A stretch of DNA of 64,000 nucleotides. It comes from Candidatus Sulfotelmatobacter sp. GTDB lineage: Bacteria > Acidobacteriota > Terriglobia > Terriglobales > Acidobacteriaceae. Both the position numbers and the translations under genes were made by a program. Under the pieces are notes generated by a model. That model was not told where the DNA came from, made no database searches, and saw only the letters and a program-made list of their open reading frames with translations. The DNA lies in the NCBI GenBank assembly GCA_030038255.1, contig JASHPH010000170.1, positions 4,204-68,203 on the forward strand. The letters run 5' to 3'. Positions within the stretch are counted from its first letter, which is position 1. Each line of letters opens with the position of its first letter. Shown piece after piece: positions 1-9,409 of the stretch.

Positions 1-476
1 ACCGAGCAGTTCAGTTGGGTCTCGGCCTTCATGCGCTGATGCAGCGCGTGGGCGGCCTTGAGCGGGGGCCCGTGCAGGCGCTCGGTGCCGGTCATGTCGA
101 GGTAGGCTTCGTCAATCGAAGCCATTTCCACTTGCGGAGAGAATGTGCCGAGCACTTTGTAGACTTTTTCCGAGCACTCGCGATAGCGCTCCGGATGGCC
201 GTCGACAAAGATGGCGTGCGGGCACATCTTGGCCGCCGTGCGCAGTGGCATGGCGGAGTGCACTCCGAACTTGCGGGCTTCGTAGGATGCAGCGGAGACC
301 ACGCCGCGCTCGTCGCGCTGGCCTCCGACCACAACCGCCTTCCCTTTCAGCGAGGGATCGTAGAGTTCCTCCACGGAGACGAAGAAGGCGTCCATGTCGA
401 CGTGGAAGATAGTGCGAAGAAAGCCAGGCTGAGGGAAGCCGGTGCGGGTGAGTGCGGGTTGGTGGGCGGCAGCCAT
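1..476 (-). CDS. dinB: DNA polymerase IV (Y-family), N-terminal part; the 3' end runs off the window
   Basis: Absent from the ORF track because it is open at the window edge. Minus-strand translation from the ATG at 476..474 reads MAAAHQPALTRTGFPQPGFLRTIFHVDMDAFFVSVEELYDPSLKGKAVVVGG...ASYEARKFGVHSAMP, the classic DinB N-terminal catalytic motif. The listed + ORF 15..548 is its antisense shadow. Confidence 0.85.
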   Translation of the reverse strand, partial: MAAAHQPALTRTGFPQPGFLRTIFHVDMDAFFVSVEELYDPSLKGKAVVVGGQRDERGVVSAASYEARKFGVHSAMPLRTAAKMCPHAIFVDGHPERYRECSEKVYKVLGTFSPQVEMASIDEAYLDMTGTERLHGPPLKAAHALHQRMKAETQLNCS

Positions 477-817
477 GCAATAGAAATTTTATCAGCCGAC
501 GAAATGTTCGGCCGGAGACGATTGGGTTTTCAGATCCATGACGATTAATGGGTAGCGGCGGAGAACACCGGGCGCCGACATCAAACCCGTCTCAAACATA
601 GCCGACCTGCGCGAACAATTTCAGCCTGTGACAAAAGTCATAGCTTCGGGCCGCCAGGGCCTCTAGCCTGCTCCAGGCGCCTAGCACAAGTTCGTTTCCC
701 CAATCGGGAGGCGAAGTTGGTGGCCTCTGTTCGTTAGTCTTGCTTCACCGGGCCTTGCAGAATAATGCTTTGCACGTAATGCCTTGCACATCATGCTCTG
801 AATCCTCAGGAGGTTCC

Positions 818-2101
818 ATGCGCCAGAGAGGCTTCTCTCTTGCAATTGTCGCGAGTTTGCTCGCACTCTGTTCGTCATCATTCCTGCTTGCAGTCGATGT
901 CTCCTCGCAGTGTGTTGACTGCCATAGCAAAACCACACCCAACATTGTTTCGGATTGGAAGCTGAGCAAGCACAGCCAGGCTGAGGTCACCTGTGTGGCG
1001 TGCCACGGCGACCAGCACCAATCGGCCGCCGACGTCTCGAAAGTGAAGATTCCAACGCCGGACACCTGCGCGCAATGCCACCAGGCGCAAGTGGAGCAAT
1101 ATCGGCATGGCAAGCACTCCAAGGCATGGGCGGCGATGATGGCGATGCCCACGATCCACTGGCAACCCATGGCCATGATCGAAGGGCAGAAGGGATGCGG
1201 CGGCTGCCATAAGATCGGAGAGAAGCCCGTCGAAGAGATCGCGAAGCTACGACAACAGGGCAGCGAGTTCGGCGCAGCTGCCTGCGACTCCTGCCACACG
1301 CGTCATACATTTTCGATTGAAGAAGCGAAGTCTCCCCAGGCCTGCGAAACCTGCCACATGGGATTCGACCATCCGCAATGGGAGATGTATTCGTCGTCAA
1401 AGCATGGAGTGCGCACGGATTTGAAACAGCGTGGCATCCTGCCCACCGGCGCCGCTGCTCCCACTTGTCAGACCTGCCATATGCAGAATGGGGACCACGG
1501 CGTAAGGACCGCCTGGGGATTTCTCGCCGTTCGCCTGCCGCTCCCGGAAGACAAGCAGTGGGCGGCGGATCGCGCTACTGTGCTGCAGGCTCTCGGCGTT
1601 CTGGATCCGGATGGAAAGCCGACTTCCCTCGTGGCTACTGTGCAGGCCGCCGATCTGGCACGTCTCAGTCAGGACGACTGGCAGAAAGAACGCGACAAAA
1701 TGCTCAAGACCTGCAATCAGTGCCATTCCGGCAATTTTGCGAAGCAGCAATTGCAGGCCGGCGATGACATGATCAAGAACGCCGACCATCTGATGGCCGA
1801 AGCCATCAGGATCGTTGCCAGTCTGTACAAGGATGGGGTTCTGCGGCAGCCCAAGAACTACAGTTATCCATTCCCGAATCTGCTGACGTTTCACGATGCT
1901 CCCACCGTGATCGAGCAAAAGCTGTTCGTCATGTACCTCGAACACCGCATGCGCACGTTCCAAGGCACATTCCACGGAAGCCCTGACTACGCTCTCTGGT
2001 ACGGATGGAGCGAGATGCAGAGAGACCTGACAGAGATCAAGGAACTGGCCAACGATATGCGGCGGAATCACACGCTGGCGGGGAAATCCTCGGGAAAGTG
2101 A
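818..2101 (+). CDS. Secreted octaheme c-type cytochrome, hydroxylamine-oxidoreductase (HAO)-like family
   Basis: Eight CxxCH motifs (CVDCH, CVACH, CAQCH, CGGCH, CDSCH, CETCH, CQTCH, CNQCH). Start moved to the ATG at 818, which is preceded by AGGAGG (809-814) and gives the signal peptide MRQRGFSLAIVASLLALCSSSFLLA. W..SKH and YSSSKHG strings are typical of HAO-type multihaem proteins. Confidence 0.7.
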   Translation: MRQRGFSLAIVASLLALCSSSFLLAVDVSSQCVDCHSKTTPNIVSDWKLSKHSQAEVTCVACHGDQHQSAADVSKVKIPTPDTCAQCHQAQVEQYRHGKHSKAWAAMMAMPTIHWQPMAMIEGQKGCGGCHKIGEKPVEEIAKLRQQGSEFGAAACDSCHTRHTFSIEEAKSPQACETCHMGFDHPQWEMYSSSKHGVRTDLKQRGILPTGAAAPTCQTCHMQNGDHGVRTAWGFLAVRLPLPEDKQWAADRATVLQALGVLDPDGKPTSLVATVQAADLARLSQDDWQKERDKMLKTCNQCHSGNFAKQQLQAGDDMIKNADHLMAEAIRIVASLYKDGVLRQPKNYSYPFPNLLTFHDAPTVIEQKLFVMYLEHRMRTFQGTFHGSPDYALWYGWSEMQRDLTEIKELANDMRRNHTLAGKSSGK

Positions 2102-2180
2102 GGGATGGCTGCAGGTCAACAAGGGTGACGTAACTGTCGGGCGATCGCCTTGGTGCTCGAAGGCTCGTGACTGTCCGCGC

Positions 2181-3662
2181 CTAGACGAGCACTCTCTCTG
2201 ACGAGGCAGTTATGGTTCCGCGCATCTGCCTGACTTTGTCGAACACCTTGCCGTACTCGCGGGCGGAGGCGGTCCAGGAGAAGTCCTTGCCCATGCCGTT
2301 GCGCATGAGCACCTGCCACGAAGTCTGATCGCGGAAGGCTTCGAGTGCCGCCTTGATGGTGAGCAGCAAAGATTCGCCGCTGTACTCGGTGAACTTGAAG
2401 CCGGTGCCCTTGCCCGAGCGGGCGTCCCAGGGCTCAATGGTGTCGTCGAGGCCGCCGGTGGCGCGGACAATCGGCACGGTGCCGTACTTCAGGCTGTAGA
2501 TCTGATTCAGGCCGCAGGGTTCGTAGCGCGACGGCATGAGGAACATGTCGGCGCCGGCCTCTATCTTGTGCGCGAGCGCATTGTCGTAGGCGACCTTGAC
2601 CGCGATCTTGTTGGGGAATTGCTTGTTCAGCCGCAGAAAGAGTTCTTCGTAGGGCTTGTCGCCGGCGCCGAGCGCCACCACGATCATCTCTTCGCGGGCC
2701 AGGCGGTCCATAATCAGGGCAATCAGGTCGAATCCTTTTTGCGCCGCAAAACGTGACACGATGCCAATCACCGGCAGCTTGGGGTCTGCGTTGGTTATGC
2801 CAAATGCGGTGAGCAGGTCCTGCTTGCATTTCGCCTTGCCGCTCAGGTCTTGTGGCGAGTATTTCGCGGCGATGAACTTGTCGGTCTGCGGACTCCATTC
2901 TTCATAGTCCACACCGTTGAGAATTCCTGTGACGGTAGCGGCGCGATCGTGCAGGACGCCTTCGAGGCCAAATCCGTATTCCGCCGTCTGAATCTCCTGG
3001 CTGTATTTGCGGCTGACGGTCGTGACGTAGTCGGCGTAAGCCAGCGCACCTTTGAGAAAATTGACCTGTCCGAAGAATTCCATCTTCGACATGGTGAACA
3101 GGTCCCAGGGCAGCATGAGCAGAGGCAACGTGTCTGGCGGGAACAGGCCCTGATATCCCATGTTGTGGATGGTGAACACGGTGCCCACGTCGCGGAAGGC
3201 CGGGTCCTCCGCATAAATGGTGCGCAGCAGAACCGGGATGAGCGCCGACTGCCAGTCGTGGCAGTGAAAAATTTGGGGGACACCCAGGATCTTGGATGCT
3301 TCGAGCACGGCGCGCGAGAACAAGGCGAATCGCTCACCGTTGTCCGGGTAGTCGCCGGCGGGAGTGCCGTAGAGTGCGTCGCGATCGAAGTATAGAGGGT
3401 AATCGACGAAGTAAAAGCGTACTCCGCCCTGGCCGCCTGCGGTCACGACCGAGGGGAAGCGATACTGGTCGTCAAAAGGAATCGTGATGCTGCGGACGAC
3501 CGTGGCCGCATCGGTAAGTTTCGTCTGGCGATACCGCGGCAGGTAAACGCTCACCTGATGGCCCAGAGCGGCGAGGGCGCGCGGCAGCGCGCCGACCACG
3601 TCGGCCAGGCCTCCCGTCTTGGAAAAGGGAACGCCTTCCGACGCGGCGAGTGCGATATGCAT
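2181..3662 (-). CDS. glgA: Glycogen synthase (ADP-glucose type, GT5)
   Basis: N-terminus MHIALAASEGVPFSKTGGLADVVGALPRAL (the KTGGL motif). Full-length 493 aa with GT-B C-terminal motifs (PSRYEPCGL). Confidence 0.9.
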   Translation of the reverse strand: MHIALAASEGVPFSKTGGLADVVGALPRALAALGHQVSVYLPRYRQTKLTDAATVVRSITIPFDDQYRFPSVVTAGGQGGVRFYFVDYPLYFDRDALYGTPAGDYPDNGERFALFSRAVLEASKILGVPQIFHCHDWQSALIPVLLRTIYAEDPAFRDVGTVFTIHNMGYQGLFPPDTLPLLMLPWDLFTMSKMEFFGQVNFLKGALAYADYVTTVSRKYSQEIQTAEYGFGLEGVLHDRAATVTGILNGVDYEEWSPQTDKFIAAKYSPQDLSGKAKCKQDLLTAFGITNADPKLPVIGIVSRFAAQKGFDLIALIMDRLAREEMIVVALGAGDKPYEELFLRLNKQFPNKIAVKVAYDNALAHKIEAGADMFLMPSRYEPCGLNQIYSLKYGTVPIVRATGGLDDTIEPWDARSGKGTGFKFTEYSGESLLLTIKAALEAFRDQTSWQVLMRNGMGKDFSWTASAREYGKVFDKVRQMRGTITASSERVLV

Positions 3663-3767
3663 GATGGCGAAGCCTCCGGAACGCGCCGTTCTTGCTGGCG
3701 CACGATATGATGGACAACAGTGGGGACCCGGTTGTCAGTCTAATTCTCGAAGAAATAAGGGGTCAAT

Positions 3768-4631
3768 GTGCCAAAGGTCGCGAGTGCATACCGTCCGCGG
3801 ACAAAGCCTAAATTGGGACAGCACTTCCTGACCAGCGACGACGCAGCGGCGCGCATTGTGGATGCTATCGGTGACGTCTCACAGAGCACGGTGCTTGAAA
3901 TCGGCCCCGGGCGCGGCATTCTCACTTCGCTCCTGGCCAAGCGGGCACGCCGTCTGATTGCGGTCGAACTCGATCGCGTGCTGGCCGCGCAGTTGCGGCT
4001 CAAGTTCGGCATGGCGCGGAATGTGGAGATCATCGAAGCCGACATTCTCGCCATTGATTTCGATTCGCTCTTCGGGCCGAAGCCCGGCCTGGGGCGGCCG
4101 GGCATCGAGATCAAGCCGGATCCGGTCAGGGTGGTCGGCAACCTGCCCTATTACATTACGTCGGACATTCTGCTGCGGATCTTTCATTACGCGAAATACT
4201 TTGAGAGCCTCGTGATCATGGTGCAGCGTGAAGTAGCCGACCGCATTGCAGCCGAGCCGGGAGGACGCGACTACGGGCTGCTCTCGGCCACAGCGCAGTT
4301 GTACGCGCGAGTAGAAAAATTGTTCACGCTGCCTCCGGGTGCGTTTTCGCCACCGCCGAAAGTGCACTCGACGGTGTTGCGGTTGACCATGGCGCCACGG
4401 CACGAGGAGTTGGGTGTGGCGGGCGATGGGTTCGTCGATTTTCTGCGGCTGTCATTTTCCCAGAAGCGCAAGACGCTGTGGAATAACCTGAAGGTGAAGT
4501 TTGACGAGCGCGAACTAAGGCGCGCTCTGGCCGATGCCAACGTGAAACCGACCTCGCGTGCTGAGACGCTGAGCCTGGAGGAGAGCGCGGCAGTTTATCG
4601 GGCATTGCGCCAAGCGGATGAACGCTCGTAG
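3768..4631 (+). CDS. rsmA: 16S rRNA (adenine1518/1519-N6)-dimethyltransferase
   Basis: GTG start. Contains KPKLGQHFLTSDDAAARIV, the SAM motif VLEIGPGRGILT, and NLPYYITS, all typical of KsgA/RsmA. Confidence 0.9.
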   Translation: MPKVASAYRPRTKPKLGQHFLTSDDAAARIVDAIGDVSQSTVLEIGPGRGILTSLLAKRARRLIAVELDRVLAAQLRLKFGMARNVEIIEADILAIDFDSLFGPKPGLGRPGIEIKPDPVRVVGNLPYYITSDILLRIFHYAKYFESLVIMVQREVADRIAAEPGGRDYGLLSATAQLYARVEKLFTLPPGAFSPPPKVHSTVLRLTMAPRHEELGVAGDGFVDFLRLSFSQKRKTLWNNLKVKFDERELRRALADANVKPTSRAETLSLEESAAVYRALRQADERS

Positions 4632-4666
4632 CATGGTCAGTGCAGGCGTAGCCGGAAGGAGGGCCT

Positions 4667-5488
4667 ATGGCTACCGTTACTCTCCGTCATCCCGCAGTCG
4701 CGGGACGATTCTATCCCCGCAACCCTGAAGACCTGCGCGCTGAAGCGCAGGGATATCTTTCGCAAGCCGACTCAAAACCGGTGGTCGAGGCGATTGGCTG
4801 CATCGCTCCACATGCGGGCTACATGTATTCGGGGCACGTGGCGGGAGCAGTCTTCGCCCGAGTGCAAATTCCGCCGCGATGCATTGTATTGTGTCCGAAC
4901 CACACCGGCATGGGCCGCGCACTCGCCATCATGAGCGAAGGCGCGTGGGAAACCCCGCTGGGCGAGGTTCCGATTGATGGTGAACTGGCCACCAGCCTGA
5001 AGCAGGAGTTCCCTGCCCTGCACGACGATTCGGCTGCGCATCGCGGCGAGCATGCCGCCGAAGTCGAGCTCCCCTTTATGCAACTGCGCCAGCCGGAGCT
5101 GCGATTTGTGCCGATCGCGCTGGGCACCGGGCAATTCGAGCCGCTGGAGCATCTGGGCCTGGCGCTGGCCAAGACGATCACCCGCATGAACGAGCCGGTG
5201 CTGATCGTGGCCTCGAGCGACATGAATCATTACGAGTCCGATGCAGTCACGCGGATGAAAGATCATCGCGCGATCGAGCGGATTCTCACCATCGATCCCC
5301 GTGGACTTTATGACGTGGTAACCGGGCAGGACATCAGCATGTGTGGCTTTGGGCCAGCAGTGGCCATGCTGACCGCGGCGCGACAGCTGGGCGCGAAGTC
5401 AGCCGAATTGGTGAAGTACGCGACCTCGGGCGACGTGTCCGGCGATCGGGACATGGTTGTGGGATACGCGGGAGTGGTGGTGCGGTAG
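4667..5488 (+). CDS. Memo-like / AmmeMemoRadiSam system protein B family
   Basis: PAVAGRFYP...APHAGYMYSG...H..EH..E and SSDMNHY motifs are characteristic of the Memo1/AmrB family. 273 aa. Confidence 0.75.
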   Translation: MATVTLRHPAVAGRFYPRNPEDLRAEAQGYLSQADSKPVVEAIGCIAPHAGYMYSGHVAGAVFARVQIPPRCIVLCPNHTGMGRALAIMSEGAWETPLGEVPIDGELATSLKQEFPALHDDSAAHRGEHAAEVELPFMQLRQPELRFVPIALGTGQFEPLEHLGLALAKTITRMNEPVLIVASSDMNHYESDAVTRMKDHRAIERILTIDPRGLYDVVTGQDISMCGFGPAVAMLTAARQLGAKSAELVKYATSGDVSGDRDMVVGYAGVVVR

Positions 5489-5569
5489 AGTCTCTGCGAC
5501 CGCGGAGCTAAAGCCCCCATCATGGACGCACCTTCATCGCAGCGCTGAAGCGCTACGCCACCCCAATCC

Positions 5570-7342
5570 CTATTGCACCACCGGCAACTCCAGCCGGCTG
5601 GGATGCGCCGCATCGTGATAGACCGTCACATGCGCCGTGCGCGCATCTTTGGCGGTCTCCTCTGCTACCACGCCGCCGCTGTTGTAATTCTTTTCTAGAT
5701 AAATCGTGTTCGGAGAATTCAGCACCAGCCGCAAGCGGCTGCCCTTGGCAATGCGGCGCGAAAAGAATGTGAAACCGCTGAAGACATACTCATTGATTTC
5801 CCCTGGCTTCACCAGCTTTTCCTGGCTCAGCGATTCGCGGTAACGGGCACGGATCGCGTCGCTGGTAAGCTCTACGCTGGTGCCGTCGGGAAGAATCTCG
5901 TACAGCGTGGCTGAGAAATCGGTATCGGGGACATCGATTGCGATCCAGTTAGTCAGCTTCACGAAGCCGGAAATCTCCGTGTCCGCGACAAAGGGCTCGC
6001 TGTGGTAAACCACGCCATTGCCGAACAGATTCAGCGCGTAGCGTTGGTCGGTCAAATTATTGGTGATGTCTTCCTTCTCGAGCTCTGCCGGGCGCACGTC
6101 GAGCGGATCATATACATACCGGTCCGGCTGCGTGCCAGCAGGTTTCGCATCGCTGAGGCGTCCCGAGTTGATGACGTCATTGGCGCGGCCGGAGTCGGAA
6201 TCGAGATAGAAAGTGCGCATGGAATTCGAAATACCCTCCAGCGTGTCGGCATATTTCCACTCATCAGCCGCCATCACGTAGTACGCGACGCGCTTCTTCA
6301 GGAATTCCGGCTTCGAGCCATTTTTCATCGTCCAGTCGTACCACTCCGTGTGCAGCTTATTCATGTCGAGCAGGCTGGCGTCGCCGAAGGTCAGGCCACC
6401 AACTTCTTTTTTCGGCGTGCGAGTTCCAGCATGGTCCCAGGGACCGATGATCAAGTAATGCTGCTCCTTGGCCGCGTCCGTGCCGTATTTCATGTGATTG
6501 CGGTAGTAAGCGAAGGCGCCGGCTTGGTCGCCATCGTAGCTGCCGGTGATAGTAAGAATCAGAACGTGGATGGCGCGGTACTGCTCGGGAGAAATGGCCA
6601 GACTCTGCCAGACGGAATCCACCGAGGGATGGCTGACCCACAGCTGAAAGGTCGGCGATGGGTTGCCGACGATCTGGTCGAGCTCCTTGAACGGGCGATG
6701 CTGCAAGTACAGCTCGCTGAATTTCGAAATCCAAAACGAAGACTCGCCGAAAAGATGGTCGTTGCCGGTCGCGCCGCTGACGAGCGTGAGCCACTGCATC
6801 TCGTACGGACCGAAGATGTTCTTGAACATCGGAAAATCCACGCCGGCGTGGGCTGAGGCAACAGGAACGATCGTGGCCAGGTGTTCGGGAGCCTCGCGCA
6901 GGGTCATCCACTGATCGAAACCCGCGTAAGAACCACCCCACATCGTCACTTTGCCGTTGCACCAGGGCTGGCGGGCCAGCCATTCGATGACGTCGTGGCC
7001 ATCATGTGGCTCCTGGAAGAACGGATCAAACTTCCCTTCCGAGTTGCCGCGGCCCCGCACATCCACAAGCGCGAAGACATAGCCGTGCTGCGCGAAATAG
7101 TAAGCCCGCGCGTGATAGCTGTCGCTGATATAGGGCGTGAGCTCGAAGATGACCGGCAGGGGATCTTTCTGCTCATGCGGACGGTAGACCGTGGCATTGA
7201 GCCGGACTCCGTCACGCATAGGAATCTTGACCGCCCACATCAGGTCCACGGTTTTGGGCGATTCGGGCTTCTTGTCGGACTGGGCGAATGCAATGAGGCA
7301 AAGGAGAGTGAGAGAAACGACGACAATTCGGCACCGGCGCAT
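5570..7342 (-). CDS. CocE/NonD family hydrolase (S15 X-Pro dipeptidyl-peptidase-like), secreted
   Basis: RDGVRLNATVYRP...PVIFELTPY...DVRGRGNSEG...MWGGSYAG (nucleophile elbow GxSYxG) plus the large C-terminal beta-sandwich region. ATG at 7342 with a GAGGA RBS gives the signal peptide MRRCRIVVVSLTLLCLIAFAQ. The track start at 7357 is a TTG. Confidence 0.8.
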   Translation of the reverse strand: MRRCRIVVVSLTLLCLIAFAQSDKKPESPKTVDLMWAVKIPMRDGVRLNATVYRPHEQKDPLPVIFELTPYISDSYHARAYYFAQHGYVFALVDVRGRGNSEGKFDPFFQEPHDGHDVIEWLARQPWCNGKVTMWGGSYAGFDQWMTLREAPEHLATIVPVASAHAGVDFPMFKNIFGPYEMQWLTLVSGATGNDHLFGESSFWISKFSELYLQHRPFKELDQIVGNPSPTFQLWVSHPSVDSVWQSLAISPEQYRAIHVLILTITGSYDGDQAGAFAYYRNHMKYGTDAAKEQHYLIIGPWDHAGTRTPKKEVGGLTFGDASLLDMNKLHTEWYDWTMKNGSKPEFLKKRVAYYVMAADEWKYADTLEGISNSMRTFYLDSDSGRANDVINSGRLSDAKPAGTQPDRYVYDPLDVRPAELEKEDITNNLTDQRYALNLFGNGVVYHSEPFVADTEISGFVKLTNWIAIDVPDTDFSATLYEILPDGTSVELTSDAIRARYRESLSQEKLVKPGEINEYVFSGFTFFSRRIAKGSRLRLVLNSPNTIYLEKNYNSGGVVAEETAKDARTAHVTVYHDAAHPSRLELPVVQ

Positions 7343-7526
7343 GAAAATTCCTCGCAAAAACGGAGGCAGTCTAACATTCGGCGCGGAGAAAGCGAAATGC
7401 TCAAGAAGCTGAAATAACCAGAAAAATCCCGGTAAACCCGGCCAAAACCGCGCGTTTGACCATCGTCCGTCGGTAACTTTCTTGCGCTCCAGCCGGCCGT
7501 TAACCTAGCCGGAAGGAGGGGTGTGC

Positions 7527-8360
7527 ATGGGGAATCGAAGGTCGGCTTCAACAGGCGGGAGATCGGCAGCATGGTCCGTCGCATTGAGTCTGGGAGCAGC
7601 GATCGTTCTTACGGCCTTTGTCGGATTCTGCGCCGCACAGGCTCAACAGGGCGGCTCGCTGGGCGATGCGGCCCGACAGGCACGAGCCCAGAAAGCCCAG
7701 GGCCCCGGCGGCACCAGCGACGCCCAGAGCAAAGCGTTACAGACTGCAAACGAACTTTCAGAAGATCAGAACAGGCAGAGCGCGTCCCACGCACCTCAAG
7801 CCTCGGCACAGCCGGCAGCAGCGAATGCGCCGGAAAACCCGGCGCCGGCCCCCGCCGCTGCCAATCCGGCGGGCAGCACAATTCCAGCGGGCTTCAAGGT
7901 GCACGCCTTCAACTACTGCAAGAGTCGCACCGAGTGCTGGAATGCGTCGGTGCTCGTGCCTGCCGATGCCAAGCTTGTCAATTCCACCTGCAAGCAGTCC
8001 GCGTTCGAGACCAAGGTTCAGGGCACCACATTTCTGCTCATGGCCGGTCCTGCGGCCGCCGATTGTGACGGCGACGGGGGCCCTGATCTGGTGCGCTGGA
8101 AGCAGCTGGTCGATCCAGAGAATAAGCGCGCTCCGGGCACGTACTCGCTGATCAGCAGCCTGAACACGAGTCTTGCCGGGAAGCCGGCGGTCGTCACCAC
8201 CATGAGTTTCCGGAAGGGCCTGGATTCCTGGATGGGCAAGCGCGGCGAAGTGGAAAGCAACGGAGTGCCGCTGGTTGTAGGCTGCATGGCGCCACGCGAT
8301 CACTTCGCCGACGGAGATGCCGTTTGCTCCAGGCTGATCGAGTCTCTAGTATTGCCATGA
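7527..8360 (+). CDS. Secreted hypothetical protein, paralog A of a tandem pair
   Basis: AGGAGG at 7514-7519, ATG at 7527 (alternative GTG at 7521). Signal peptide ...AIVLTAFVGFCAAQAQQ, then an A/P/Q-rich linker and a Cys-containing C-terminal domain shared with the next gene. Confidence 0.6.
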   Translation: MGNRRSASTGGRSAAWSVALSLGAAIVLTAFVGFCAAQAQQGGSLGDAARQARAQKAQGPGGTSDAQSKALQTANELSEDQNRQSASHAPQASAQPAAANAPENPAPAPAAANPAGSTIPAGFKVHAFNYCKSRTECWNASVLVPADAKLVNSTCKQSAFETKVQGTTFLLMAGPAAADCDGDGGPDLVRWKQLVDPENKRAPGTYSLISSLNTSLAGKPAVVTTMSFRKGLDSWMGKRGEVESNGVPLVVGCMAPRDHFADGDAVCSRLIESLVLP

Positions 8361-9340
8361 GCCAAACGGGCTCAGTTCGCGGCGGTTTCCGGATGGCAGC
8401 CCTGCTGCTGTGCCTGACGCCTGCCGTGTGGGCACAAGACTCCTCGCCCATTTCGACAGCCGATTCGTCGTCCTCGTCGGTTTTCTCCGCGGATTCTTCT
8501 CCGGCACCATCTCTGGGCGAGGTGGCGCGCCAAACCCGGGCGCAACATGCCCGCGAGAACGCTCAAAAGGCGCAGGCGGCAGCCGACGCGCGCGATTGGG
8601 ATGAGCCAACCACGTTCCAGATGTGTGATGACGCCATCTGCCCCTCGATGCAACTGACGGAAGACGTCGTGGTGCCTCCAGCGATGTCGTCCGAGCCAAG
8701 CACTCCAAAGGTTGTTCCGACAGCATTGCAGGATACTTCCCTGATTACGGAAGGATCGGACGGGCCTTCGTTGGCCGAACTGGCGCGGCAGACGCGTCAG
8801 ACAGCACACGGCCAGGCGCACGAAACGCTCGACAGCGGCGAGGCAGTCCGGAGGGTTCCGGCAGGGTTCCAGTCGTTCCTCATCCAATATTGTTTGAACC
8901 CGCAGATGTGCTCGGAGGCTGCGGTTGTGATCCCGGAGAATGCCGAGGTGGTGTCGCGAGTCAACGGCCAGCACGTGTTCAAAGTCATCCTGAACGACGA
9001 GGCCGCCATGTTCTACGCCGGACCGGCTGACGTGAATGCGCCCTACCGCAGCATGACCGACCCGGATTACATCCGCATGCGCGACCTGGCAAATGGAAAC
9101 GGAGGATCACGCGAGAAGGCTGACGGCCTCAGCACACAGGAGATGGATCTCGAGGGAAGGCACGCAGTTGTCACGCACTTCCGCTACCAGCGTGATGAAA
9201 AACAGTGGTGGATTGGCGAGCGCGCGCTGATCGAGATGGAGGGAGCGCAGTTTCTGTTGGGCTGCACAGCTCCAGAAGAGAACTTTGCTGCTGCGGAAGC
9301 GCAGTGCACGACGCTGATCAACTCGTTGCGCCTGCGTTAA
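8357..9340 (+). CDS. Secreted hypothetical protein, paralog B of a tandem pair
   Basis: The ATG at 8357 overlaps the upstream TGA (ATGA). Signal peptide MSQTGSVRGGFRMAALLLCLTPAVWAQ. Shares LG(D/E)xARQ(A/T)RAQ, PAGF...YC....C and GC.AP..(H/N)FA....C..LI.SL motifs with paralog A. Confidence 0.6.
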   Translation: MSQTGSVRGGFRMAALLLCLTPAVWAQDSSPISTADSSSSSVFSADSSPAPSLGEVARQTRAQHARENAQKAQAAADARDWDEPTTFQMCDDAICPSMQLTEDVVVPPAMSSEPSTPKVVPTALQDTSLITEGSDGPSLAELARQTRQTAHGQAHETLDSGEAVRRVPAGFQSFLIQYCLNPQMCSEAAVVIPENAEVVSRVNGQHVFKVILNDEAAMFYAGPADVNAPYRSMTDPDYIRMRDLANGNGGSREKADGLSTQEMDLEGRHAVVTHFRYQRDEKQWWIGERALIEMEGAQFLLGCTAPEENFAAAEAQCTTLINSLRLR

Positions 9341-9409
9341 GTGTAGGCGTTCCTTGGAGTCATGCCTTAACGCCGCCACTTCCCCTTACGATAACAAGAA
9401 GACCCCAGT

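Noticed and set aside
15-548. 177-aa + strand ORF (and nested ORFs 92..480) at the left edge
   Set aside because: It lies antisense to an unmistakable dinB N-terminus (HVDMDAFFVSVE) on the minus strand. The composition is Arg/Ala/Gly-rich, typical of shadow ORFs in GC-rich DNA.
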